Part shown: in pieces, positions 56,232 through 64,000 of the stretch
How the letters are laid out: every line of letters starts with the position of its first letter
Position numbering within the stretch: position 1 is the first letter of the stretch
Source: Candidatus Ornithoclostridium faecavium
Lineage (GTDB): Bacteria > Bacillota > Clostridia > Christensenellales > UBA3700
DNA length: 64,000 nucleotides
Reading direction: 5' to 3'
NCBI GenBank assembly: GCA_018714045.1
Contig: DVNX01000113.1
Coordinates: 11,016 to 75,015, forward strand
Program-made: the position numbers and the translations under genes
The notes under the pieces: generated by a model
What the model saw: only the letters and a program-made list of their open reading frames with translations
Database searches by the model: none
What the model was told of the DNA's origin: nothing

Positions 56232-57803
56232 TCAGATAGTTTCAAGATATTCTTCGTACGTAGTAAGTTTATCGAACGTCTTCGTACCGTTGATTTCAAT
56301 TATTCTGTTGGCGACCGTCTGCATGAGCTCCTGGTCGTGCGTAGCGAAAAGACAGCAACCCTTAAAGTTTATCATGCCTTTGTTCAGCGCGGTTATCGAT
56401 TCGAGATCGAGATGGTTGGTCGGCTCGTCGAGAATGAGCACGTTGCCCGCGATCAGCATTGCGCGCGCAAGCATACAACGCACCTTTTCGCCGCCGCTCA
56501 GCACCTTTGCGCACTTTTTGACCTCGTCTCCCGAGAAAAGCATTCTTCCCAGCCAGCTTCTCAGATAGCTTTCGGTATGGTCTTTCGAGAACCTGTTTAT
56601 CCACTCTACGAGGTTCATATTGCAACCGTCGAAAAATTCGTCGAAATTCTGAGGTACGTAGCTGAGTCTTACCGTCTTGCCCCATTCCACCTTGCCCGCG
56701 TCAGGCTCTTCTATTCCGTTAAGGATATCGAAAAGCATGGATACCGACGTAGACTTATCGGACAGAAACGCGATCTTCTCGCCCTTCTGCACGGTAAAAG
56801 TGACGTTTTCGAAAAAGCCTTTCTTTGTCAGTCCTTCAACCCTCAATATCTCCTTGCCGAGATCTTGTTCCATCTCGAAATTGATATAAGGATATTTTCT
56901 CATCGACGGCTTTATGTCCTCGAGAGTGAGTTTTTCCAGCTCTTTCTTTCTGGACGTCGCCTGTCTCGACTTGGACGCGTTCGCAGAGAAGCGCGCGATG
57001 AATTCCTGAAGTTCCTTTGCTCTCGCTTCCGCTTTCTTATTGGCTTCCTTAGCCTGTCTTTGCAGAAGCTGGTTGGTCTCGTACCAGAAATCGTAGTTGC
57101 CGACGTACATGTTTATCTGACCGTAGTCGACGTCGCAGATATGCGTGCATACCTTGTTCAGGAAGTGACGGTTATGCGACACGATGATAAGAGTGTTCTT
57201 GAAGTCCATCAGGAATTTTTCCAGCCACATTATGCTCTTTGCGTCCAGGTTGTTGGTCGGCTCGTCAAGTATAAGTATGTCGGGATTGCCGAAAAGCGCC
57301 TGCGCTAAAAGTATCTTGACTTTCTGCTTGCCGTCCAGTTCGCTCATCAGCTTTTCGTGATATTCTTCGCCGAATTTGAGTTCGTTGAGCAGAGACGCAG
57401 CTTCGCTTTCCGCTTCCCAGCCGCCGAGCTCTGCGAATTCGTTTTCGAGTTCCGAAGCGCGGATGCCGTCCTCTTCCGAAAAGTCCTCTTTCATGTAAAG
57501 AGCGTCCTTTTCGTCCATTATGTCGACGAGGCGCTTGTGCCCGAGAAGCACGGTACGCATTACCGTGCAATCGTCGAAGTCGTTCTGGTTCTGGTGCAGA
57601 ACGCTTATACGCTGTCCCTTTCCTATCGAAACGGTGCCTCTCGTCGGTTCGAGTTCGCCCGAAAGCACTTTGAGGAAAGTGGATTTGCCGGCGCCGTTCG
57701 CGCCGATAACGCCGTAGCAGTTTCCGTCGGTGAATTTGAGGTTTACGTCCTCGAAAAGCTTTCTGCCGCCGAACTGCAAAAATAAATCGGTTACCTGTAT
57801 CAT
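56232..57803 (-). CDS. ABC-F family ATPase (two NBDs, no TMD)
   Basis: 523 aa with GANGAGKST and LSGGEKVR signatures and an inter-domain linker rich in K/E/Q. Confidence 0.88.
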   Translation of the reverse strand: MIQVTDLFLQFGGRKLFEDVNLKFTDGNCYGVIGANGAGKSTFLKVLSGELEPTRGTVSIGKGQRISVLHQNQNDFDDCTVMRTVLLGHKRLVDIMDEKDALYMKEDFSEEDGIRASELENEFAELGGWEAESEAASLLNELKFGEEYHEKLMSELDGKQKVKILLAQALFGNPDILILDEPTNNLDAKSIMWLEKFLMDFKNTLIIVSHNRHFLNKVCTHICDVDYGQINMYVGNYDFWYETNQLLQRQAKEANKKAEARAKELQEFIARFSANASKSRQATSRKKELEKLTLEDIKPSMRKYPYINFEMEQDLGKEILRVEGLTKKGFFENVTFTVQKGEKIAFLSDKSTSVSMLFDILNGIEEPDAGKVEWGKTVRLSYVPQNFDEFFDGCNMNLVEWINRFSKDHTESYLRSWLGRMLFSGDEVKKCAKVLSGGEKVRCMLARAMLIAGNVLILDEPTNHLDLESITALNKGMINFKGCCLFATHDQELMQTVANRIIEINGTKTFDKLTTYEEYLETI

Positions 57804-57805
57804 TT

Positions 57806-58318
57806 TTACTCCTTGGAAAGGTTATTGTCGTTTTCTGTCATACTGCCCAGCCTTATCACCGCTTTTTTGTAGGTGAGAAAGCTTACTGCCATGCTGCGCT
57901 TTACCATAAACGCTATCTTTACGTCCTTTGTCTGACCCGCGCCTATCTCCGTTTTTTCGGTAGTCACCTCTGTTCCGTCGGCAAGTTTGAGATTCATTGG
58001 CGGCGTCCCGTCCAGAGCGAAATCCGAAGGATCGAGAGTGAAATTTTTTTCCGTCTCAACCTTCACGGTCACAATAGCGTAAACCATTTCAGAGTCAGCT
58101 ATGCTTTTTACCGACAAATCGTTCACCGTTACCGTCGCTTTGCCCGCGTCGTAGGGCTGCCCGAGGTCGAGATTGATCTTTTCTTCGCAGCTCTTTACCG
58201 AAAGCGCGGTGATCACCACCGCCGCGACGACCAGTACGGTAAGTATGACAAGTCCCGCAAAGCGCAGTCTTTTCTTTTTCTTTTCAGCCTGCAAAGCGGC
58301 TTGTTTTTCAGAGTTCAT
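57806..58318 (-). CDS. single-pass membrane protein of unknown function (DUF4352-like beta-sandwich, tentative)
   Basis: 170 aa: basic N-terminus, one TM helix and an extracytoplasmic domain. Confidence 0.5.
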   Translation of the reverse strand: MNSEKQAALQAEKKKKRLRFAGLVILTVLVVAAVVITALSVKSCEEKINLDLGQPYDAGKATVTVNDLSVKSIADSEMVYAIVTVKVETEKNFTLDPSDFALDGTPPMNLKLADGTEVTTEKTEIGAGQTKDVKIAFMVKRSMAVSFLTYKKAVIRLGSMTENDNNLSKE

Positions 58319-59582
58319 TCTTTATCCTTTCAGCCGCGGCGTTGCACTTTAATACAAGCGCGTCGTAGTCTTCGCCGTACGTAAGCTGTCCGTTTTCGTA
58401 TACTATTCTGCCGCCCGATATTGTCATCGTCACGTTGTTTCTGCCGCCCGCGTAAACGAGATTTGCGGCGATATCGGTATGCGGCTGCATATTGGGAGCG
58501 CTGAGGTCTATCACCGTCATATCCGCAAGCGCGCCTCTGTAAAGCCCGTCTGCGTTCTGAAGTCCGAACGATTTTCCGCTCACCGCCGCGCCGTATATGG
58601 CTTTTGCGCTCACGGCGACCGCGTCGCCGAGAAAGTATTTCTGCAATACCGTCGCAAGATAGGTCTCCCTGAACATATCGAGAGCGTTGTTGCTTGCCGC
58701 GCCGTCCGTGCCGACGCCCAGAGTAATGCCCGCGTCAAGAAGCTTTTTGAGCGGAGCTATGCCGCTGGCGAGCTTGAGGTTGCTGCAAGGATTGGTGACC
58801 GCGGCGACGTTAAGATTTTTCATTATCCTTATGTCTTCGTCGTCAACGTGCACGCAATGATATCCCGTGCCGCCCAGATCGAATATGCCCTTTTCCGCCA
58901 GCAACTTTACGGGCGATACGCCGTATTTCTCTTTGCAGGAAGCGACCTCCGCCGCCGTCTCCGAAAGATGAGTATGCACGGGAAGAGAAAACTTTTTCGA
59001 AAGGTCTGAAACAGCTCTCAGAGTCTCGTCGCCGCAGGTGTACTGCGCGTGCATGGCGAGCGAATATTTTATCCTGGGGAGCTTATCCAGCTTGTCTTTT
59101 AGTTCTTCCGCCCTCCTGACTATATCGTCATAGCCGCCGTCGAAATCGAAAATACCGCTTCCTATATACGCGCCGAAGCCCGTATCCGCGAAAGCCTGAG
59201 CGACCGCCTCCGTATGTCCGTACATTTCCGAACAATACGTAATGCCGCCCGCGTAATATTCCGCGACCGCGAGACGGGTGAAATAATAACAATCCTCGTC
59301 TGTAAGTTTTCCTTCCGCGGGGAAGACCTGCTTATACAGCCAGTCGTTTAAAGGCATATCCTCCGCGCGCGAACGCAGGAAAGTCATAGGAGAATGCGTA
59401 TGCGCGTCCTTGAAAGACGGCGCGAGAAGGTTGCCTTTTAAGTCTATCTCCCTGTCCCAGTCCTGCCAGTCGAGCGTGGATACGGGGGACAGATATACTA
59501 TCTTATCCCCGTCAGTACGCAGTTCGCCGTCGATAATGCCGTCAGGCGTAAGTATTTTACCGTTGTAAAACCTTAATTTCAT
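58308..59582 (-). CDS. amidohydrolase family deaminase (MtaD / chlorohydrolase-like)
   Basis: 424 aa with metal-binding FKDAHTHSP, HLSE and GTDG motifs. Confidence 0.75.
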   Translation of the reverse strand: MKLRFYNGKILTPDGIIDGELRTDGDKIVYLSPVSTLDWQDWDREIDLKGNLLAPSFKDAHTHSPMTFLRSRAEDMPLNDWLYKQVFPAEGKLTDEDCYYFTRLAVAEYYAGGITYCSEMYGHTEAVAQAFADTGFGAYIGSGIFDFDGGYDDIVRRAEELKDKLDKLPRIKYSLAMHAQYTCGDETLRAVSDLSKKFSLPVHTHLSETAAEVASCKEKYGVSPVKLLAEKGIFDLGGTGYHCVHVDDEDIRIMKNLNVAAVTNPCSNLKLASGIAPLKKLLDAGITLGVGTDGAASNNALDMFRETYLATVLQKYFLGDAVAVSAKAIYGAAVSGKSFGLQNADGLYRGALADMTVIDLSAPNMQPHTDIAANLVYAGGRNNVTMTISGGRIVYENGQLTYGEDYDALVLKCNAAAERIKNEL

Positions 59583-59667
59583 ATTCTACCCGTTGCCGCT
59601 TAAAGCGTTATATGCAGACAGAAAAGTTCGCCTGTAATACGAATTTCCCTGCCCGTGTGCGTAAAGC

Positions 59668-60486
59668 TTACTTATTCGAAGCCAGCTGAACGGCTTCTTT
59701 GATGATCGCGCTGAGTTTGCCTACCACTTTTTCGCTCTCAGCCTGAACGTCGAGATGACTGAGCTTTTCGCTGCCGAGTCCCGCCGCCTTGTTGCTTATG
59801 AACGAAAGGCCGAGAACTTTTATACCCATATGCACGGCGGCAATCGTCTCTATCGCGGTGCTCATTCCTACCGCATCCGCGCCCATGGCGCGCGCCATGC
59901 GTATTTCCGCGGGAGTCTCGAAATTGGGACCCGTAAACTGGATATATACGCCTTCCTTGAGTTCTACGCCGACCTTCTTAGCCGCCTGGCGCGCGATCTC
60001 TCTCAAAGAAGGATCGTACGCTTCAGTCATATCGGGGAAACGGTCTCCGTAAGAGGGATCGTTCCTGCCGATGAGCGGAGACGGGACCAGAGATATATGG
60101 TCGGTTATCATCATGATATCGCCCGTATTCAGGTCGTCTCTTATTCCTCCCGCGGCGTTGGTAAGTATAAGCGCCTTTACGCCCATTCTTATCAAAAGAC
60201 GTATCGGGAGCACGGCTTCCTGCGGCGTGTAACCTTCGTAATAATGAACTCTGCCCTGCATTATTACGACGGGAACGCGGTTGATATACCCGAAAACGAA
60301 TCTGCCGCTGTGTCCCTGCACGGTTGACGTCGGCATGCCCTGGATATTCTCGAAAGGCATGCTGTAAACGCTTTCTATCTCTTCCGCAAGCGCGCCCAGA
60401 CCGCTGCCGAGGACAAGCCCTATCTGCGGCTTGAAATCGACCCTGTTATGCAGGCTGGCATATGCTCTTTCTACTCTCTTCCACAT
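59668..60486 (-). CDS. punA: purine nucleoside phosphorylase (trimeric PNP family)
   Basis: 272 aa; contains ...GLVLGSGLG... and ...GMSTAIE... motifs. Confidence 0.85.
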   Translation of the reverse strand: MWKRVERAYASLHNRVDFKPQIGLVLGSGLGALAEEIESVYSMPFENIQGMPTSTVQGHSGRFVFGYINRVPVVIMQGRVHYYEGYTPQEAVLPIRLLIRMGVKALILTNAAGGIRDDLNTGDIMMITDHISLVPSPLIGRNDPSYGDRFPDMTEAYDPSLREIARQAAKKVGVELKEGVYIQFTGPNFETPAEIRMARAMGADAVGMSTAIETIAAVHMGIKVLGLSFISNKAAGLGSEKLSHLDVQAESEKVVGKLSAIIKEAVQLASNK

Positions 60487-60493
60487 AAGCCGC

Positions 60494-61090
60494 TCACTTA
60501 GTAAAGACTCTCGAACCAGGCTTTACCAGTTCGATCTTTCCCTCTTTGCAGAGCGGGCATTCGTCAGGCTCGTAAGAGGTGATGTCCATACTGATGAGAT
60601 TTACGAATTTCACGCCGAAATCCACCTTGCCGTTGCTTCTGTCTACGAGAGAAGCTACCGCGCTGACCTCGCCGCCCGCCTCTTTTACGAGAGCGATGAC
60701 TTCTTTGACGGAGCCGCCCGTAGTGACGACGTCTTCGCATACTACGAACTTCGTACCCTTTTCTATCGTAAATCCGCGGCGCAGAGACATGACTCCGTTT
60801 TCGCGCTCAGCGAATATGTTGGGTTTGCCCAGCTGTCTCGCGACCTCGTACCCCATAAGGATACCGCCTATCGCGGGAGAGATCACGACGTCGACTTCGA
60901 CGCCTGCCTCTGTAAGCTTTTCGGCGAGAGCCTTGCAAAGAGTCTCGCTCGCCTTGGGGTCGACGAAAACCTTCGCGCTCTGCATATAAGTGTCAGAATG
61001 TCTGCCCGACGTAAGTTTAAAGTGTCCTTTGAGTATCGCGCCTGTGCTGCGGTATACTTCGAGTGCCTGCTCTGTAGTCATCATTGTCAT
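60494..61090 (-). CDS. pyrE: orotate phosphoribosyltransferase
   Basis: 198 aa with the PRPP motif [12 protein letters not shown]. Confidence 0.9.
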   Translation of the reverse strand: MTMMTTEQALEVYRSTGAILKGHFKLTSGRHSDTYMQSAKVFVDPKASETLCKALAEKLTEAGVEVDVVISPAIGGILMGYEVARQLGKPNIFAERENGVMSLRRGFTIEKGTKFVVCEDVVTTGGSVKEVIALVKEAGGEVSAVASLVDRSNGKVDFGVKFVNLISMDITSYEPDECPLCKEGKIELVKPGSRVFTK

Positions 61091-61141
61091 ATCCTCCGAT
61101 ATTGTTGTTGTTTGTATTTTTTCCTGCCTGTGTCGGTTAAA

Positions 61142-62050
61142 CTAATTAAGTATCAGCGTGCCGACCAGGTCGTTTATATCCGTGCCGTTTTCCTCTACGT
61201 ACTTTTCGAGGTCTTTTGCTATATCGTAAGCGGCGGTGGGATTGATAAAGTTAGCCGTACCGACCTGGACTGCGCGCGCCCCGCATATCATAAATTCGAG
61301 AACGTCGGTATAGGTCGTTATTCCGCCCAGGCCTATTATCGGTATCTTTACCGCGTTGTAACATTCCCACACCATCTTGAGCGCGACGGGCTTTACGCAA
61401 GGACCCGACATACCGCCGTTGTTGTTGGCGAGTATCGGACGCCTTGTCTTATAGTTGACCGCCATACCCGAAAGGGTGTTGATAAGAGAAACCGCGTCCG
61501 CGCCTCCCGCTTCAGCCGCCCTCGCGTTGTCTGCTATACAGCTTACGTTGGGGGAAAGCTTAGTTATAACAGGTTTCTTGCATACGTTCTTTACCGCGCG
61601 GGTGACTTCCTCTACGTTTTCGGGAAGCACGCCGAAAGCCATGCCGCCCTGCTTTACGTTGGGGCAGGATATGTTGAGCTCTACCATATCCGCGTGGCTG
61701 TCGTTTATCCTCTCTCCGATCGCTATGTAATCTTCGAGCGTAGATCCCGCAATATTCGCAATGACTACGACGTCCTCTTTCGCAAGCCTCTTGTCGTCCT
61801 CTGCGAGGTAATGCTCAATGCCGGGGTTCTGCAAGCCTACGCTGTTGAGCATACCGCCGTAAGTTTCAGCGACTCTCGGGGGAGGATTGCCCTCTCTCTT
61901 CTTAAGGGTAAGACCTTTGGTGCATATGCCGCCCAGCGCGGAAAGCGGATAAAATTCCCCGTACTCCTTGCCGAAGCCGAAAGTGCCGCTTGCCGTGATT
62001 ATCGGGTTTTTGAATTCAACGCCCGCTATGTTTACTTTGAGATTGCTCAT
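61142..62050 (-). CDS. pyrD: dihydroorotate dehydrogenase B, catalytic subunit
   Basis: Starts MSNLKVNIAGVEFKNPIITASGTFGFG. The ATG at 62050 overlaps the pyrK stop (ATGA); the longer track start is rejected. Confidence 0.92.
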   Translation of the reverse strand: MSNLKVNIAGVEFKNPIITASGTFGFGKEYGEFYPLSALGGICTKGLTLKKREGNPPPRVAETYGGMLNSVGLQNPGIEHYLAEDDKRLAKEDVVVIANIAGSTLEDYIAIGERINDSHADMVELNISCPNVKQGGMAFGVLPENVEEVTRAVKNVCKKPVITKLSPNVSCIADNARAAEAGGADAVSLINTLSGMAVNYKTRRPILANNNGGMSGPCVKPVALKMVWECYNAVKIPIIGLGGITTYTDVLEFMICGARAVQVGTANFINPTAAYDIAKDLEKYVEENGTDINDLVGTLILN

Positions 62051-62811
62051 AATACCACCTCGTCGAGAAGGAACACGGGACCGTCCTTGCACACTCTTAC
62101 GTAACCCTCGCCGTCCGCGCGTCTTACTTTGCAGTTGCAGACGAGGCACGCGCCTATGCCGCAACCCATGCGCTGTTCGAGAGATACGTATATCGGGATC
62201 CCGCTGCCTTCGAAACACTTTTTAAGCGCCCTGTACATGACTTCGGGTCCGCAGACCAGGATCTCGTCGGGCTTTATCTCGTCCGCCGCTGCTCTCGCGA
62301 CCGTAGTCACGAAGCCTTTTTTGCCGTAACTGCCGTCGTCGGTAGCGACCGTGACGGAAGCGCATTTCGCGGCGAGTTCTTTTTCGAGTACGACTTTTCC
62401 CGCGTTCGCAAAGCCGATGTATGCGTGAAATTCCTTATCGGGATTTGCGGTGGCGACAGCGGGAAGCACCGCCGTACCCATACCGCCGCCGATAAGCATT
62501 ATCTTCTTGCCCTTTGGTACGTAGCCGTTGCCGAGAGGGAGAAGCACGTTGAGTTTGTCGCCCTCTTTCACCTCAGAAAGAACCTTTGTGCCGCCGCCTA
62601 CGACCGCGTAACAGACGTCCGTCGTCTTCTTTTCGGCGTCAAAATCGCAAATACAGAACGGGCGTCTCAATATCTTGCTCCCGTCGGGCAGTTTTATATC
62701 GAGAAACTGCGCGCCCTTTATCTCTTCGAGGTCTTCAAAGCCGAGGGTCATTTTCCATATCCCGTCCGCGACGGGCGCGTTTTTCACAACCTTAGCTATC
62801 CTGTCTTTCAT
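62047..62811 (-). CDS. pyrK: dihydroorotate dehydrogenase electron-transfer subunit
   Basis: 254 aa with a C-terminal 2Fe-2S motif CGIGACLVC..C. Confidence 0.9.
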   Translation of the reverse strand: MKDRIAKVVKNAPVADGIWKMTLGFEDLEEIKGAQFLDIKLPDGSKILRRPFCICDFDAEKKTTDVCYAVVGGGTKVLSEVKEGDKLNVLLPLGNGYVPKGKKIMLIGGGMGTAVLPAVATANPDKEFHAYIGFANAGKVVLEKELAAKCASVTVATDDGSYGKKGFVTTVARAAADEIKPDEILVCGPEVMYRALKKCFEGSGIPIYVSLEQRMGCGIGACLVCNCKVRRADGEGYVRVCKDGPVFLLDEVVL

Positions 62812-63713
62812 TTTATATACCTTGTCAGATCTTTCTGCATATCTATCGCCGCTTTGAGCGCCGCGTCCTTATAGTTGAGACCCGCGTACTGCTCTTTCTT
62901 GTAAGCGCACAGTATGCCGCGCGACGAATTGACTATACCGCCTATGCCGTCCTTGAAGCATACCGCGAGGTCTTCCGCCTTTCCGCCCTGCGCGCCGTAG
63001 CCGGGGATAAGGAAGAAAAGATGAGGATGAGCCGCTCTTATTCTCGCCGCCTGCTCCTTGTGTGTCGCGCCTACGACCGCGCCGACCGAGGAATAACCGT
63101 ATTTACCGATAAGGTTCTTGCCCCAGTCGTCAACGAGATCCGCCATAGCGTCGTATAAAGTCTCCTTGTCGCCGAGCGCCTTGTCCTGAAGCTCTCCGCT
63201 TGCGGGGTTGGACGTTTTGACGAGTACGAAAATGCCCTTGTCGTTCTTTTCGCAATCAGCGACGAAAGGCTTTACGCCGTCGCTGCCGAGGTAACCGTTC
63301 ACGGTCACGAAATCGCTTTCGAACGGGGTGACTTTAACGCCGCCCGCAAGCTCGGTCGCGCCGATATACGCCTTGCTGTAAGCCGCCGCGGTGCTGCCGA
63401 TATCGTTTCTCTTTATATCCGCTATCGCGACAAGTCCGTTTTCGCGCGCGTATGCGAGAGTGTCTTTAAAAGCGCGCATGCCCGCAACGCCGTACATTTC
63501 GTAGTAAGCGACCTGAACTTTTACCGCAGGAACTACGTCTTTGAGCGCGTCCACGAGGTCGAAATTGAACTTCGTGATATAATTAGCCGCGTCGTCCAGT
63601 GTCGTGCACTTTGCTTTCATTTCGTCGGGAAGGTAGTCCACGCAAGTGTCCAGACCTATCACGGACGGGTTGTCCGTCCTCTTTATTGCGTCGATGAGTT
63701 TGTCGATTATCAT
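62808..63713 (-). CDS. pyrF: orotidine-5'-phosphate decarboxylase (long, type 2)
   Basis: 301 aa; contains ...ADIKRNDIGSTA... and ...LIPGYGAQGG... motifs. Confidence 0.9.
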   Translation of the reverse strand: MIIDKLIDAIKRTDNPSVIGLDTCVDYLPDEMKAKCTTLDDAANYITKFNFDLVDALKDVVPAVKVQVAYYEMYGVAGMRAFKDTLAYARENGLVAIADIKRNDIGSTAAAYSKAYIGATELAGGVKVTPFESDFVTVNGYLGSDGVKPFVADCEKNDKGIFVLVKTSNPASGELQDKALGDKETLYDAMADLVDDWGKNLIGKYGYSSVGAVVGATHKEQAARIRAAHPHLFFLIPGYGAQGGKAEDLAVCFKDGIGGIVNSSRGILCAYKKEQYAGLNYKDAALKAAIDMQKDLTRYIK

Positions 63714-63714
63714 A

Positions 63715-64000
63715 TTACACCGCCTTGTATTTTACTTTTCCGTCGACGACCGTGTAACGTACCTTGCCGTATACCTCTCTGCCGTGGAACGGAGTGTTCT
63801 TTCCTTTGGAGAAGAATTTTTCCTTGTCTATTTTATACTTTTCGTTGAGATCTACGAGAGTTACGTCCGCTTTCGCGCCCTCTTCGAGCGCGCCGCATTC
63901 GATACCCACTATCGAAGCGGGAGAAGAAGTCATAAGCTGACTGAGCTTTTCAAGCGTTATCTCGCCCGTCCTGACAAGGGTCGTATAAGAGAGCGCGAAC
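63715..64000 (-). CDS. pyrC: dihydroorotase, C-terminal part (5' end lies outside the window)
   Basis: The frame is open to the window edge: ...LVRTGEITLEKLSQLMTSSPASIVGIECGALEEGAKADVTLVD... This is a typical PyrC C-terminus. Confidence 0.85.
   Translation of the reverse strand, partial: FALSYTTLVRTGEITLEKLSQLMTSSPASIVGIECGALEEGAKADVTLVDLNEKYKIDKEKFFSKGKNTPFHGREVYGKVRYTVVDGKVKYKAV

Noticed and set aside
56001-57308. 435-aa plus-strand ORF
   Set aside because: It is antisense to the ABC-F ATPase and the Lrp gene.
60431-62104. 557-aa plus-strand ORF
   Set aside because: It is antisense to pyrE and pyrD.

Overview
A 64-kb chromosomal segment, about 52% GC, whose gene content and order look like a Clostridia-class Firmicute; no database search was possible. 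Almost all real genes are on the minus strand. The many long plus-strand (or antisense) ORFs in the track are shadows of conserved genes.

Left to right:
(1) A dense glutamine and nitrogen block. On the minus strand, glnN (GS type III), asnB, guaA, pyrG, carA and carB (truncated) are packed as one apparent operon. It diverges from a plus-strand operon encoding a three-ORF split glutamate synthase, a short GS-I (glnA) and an ANTAR regulator. Both operons have near-consensus promoters followed by leader terminators that share a 17-nt box.
(2) azlCD, a YegP-like gene, an IS30 transposase remnant and a GH36-like hydrolase.
(3) A translationally coupled seven-gene operon: YgbA-like Cys-rich protein, lipoprotein, two CydDC-like ABC half-transporters, and an MptD-like ECF S/T/AA' module. 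It diverges from an enoate-reductase-like flavoenzyme across an intergenic region carrying three GTTAGC-N4-GCTAAC palindromes.
(4) acpP, a PPTase, malQ and a membrane-anchored alpha/beta hydrolase.
(5) The complete S10-spc-alpha ribosomal protein cluster, rpsJ to rplQ, including rpmJ and rpmD, which the ORF track misses.
(6) A DUF1858-like gene, an SPFH/zinc-ribbon gene pair and an M1-type peptidase.
(7) An AT-rich island with an unannotated Cys-rich 38-aa ORF and an orphan promoter-terminator pair, which is a candidate ~90-nt sRNA.
(8) An aminotransferase with an Lrp regulator, an ABC-F ATPase, an amidohydrolase, a PNP, and pyrE-pyrD-pyrK-pyrF-pyrC (truncated).

No rRNA, tRNA, CRISPR array or intact mobile element was seen. 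The most interesting signals are regulatory or small: the paired nitrogen leaders, the palindromic operator set, the candidate sRNA and the micropeptide. All functional calls rest on motif and family recognition by eye.
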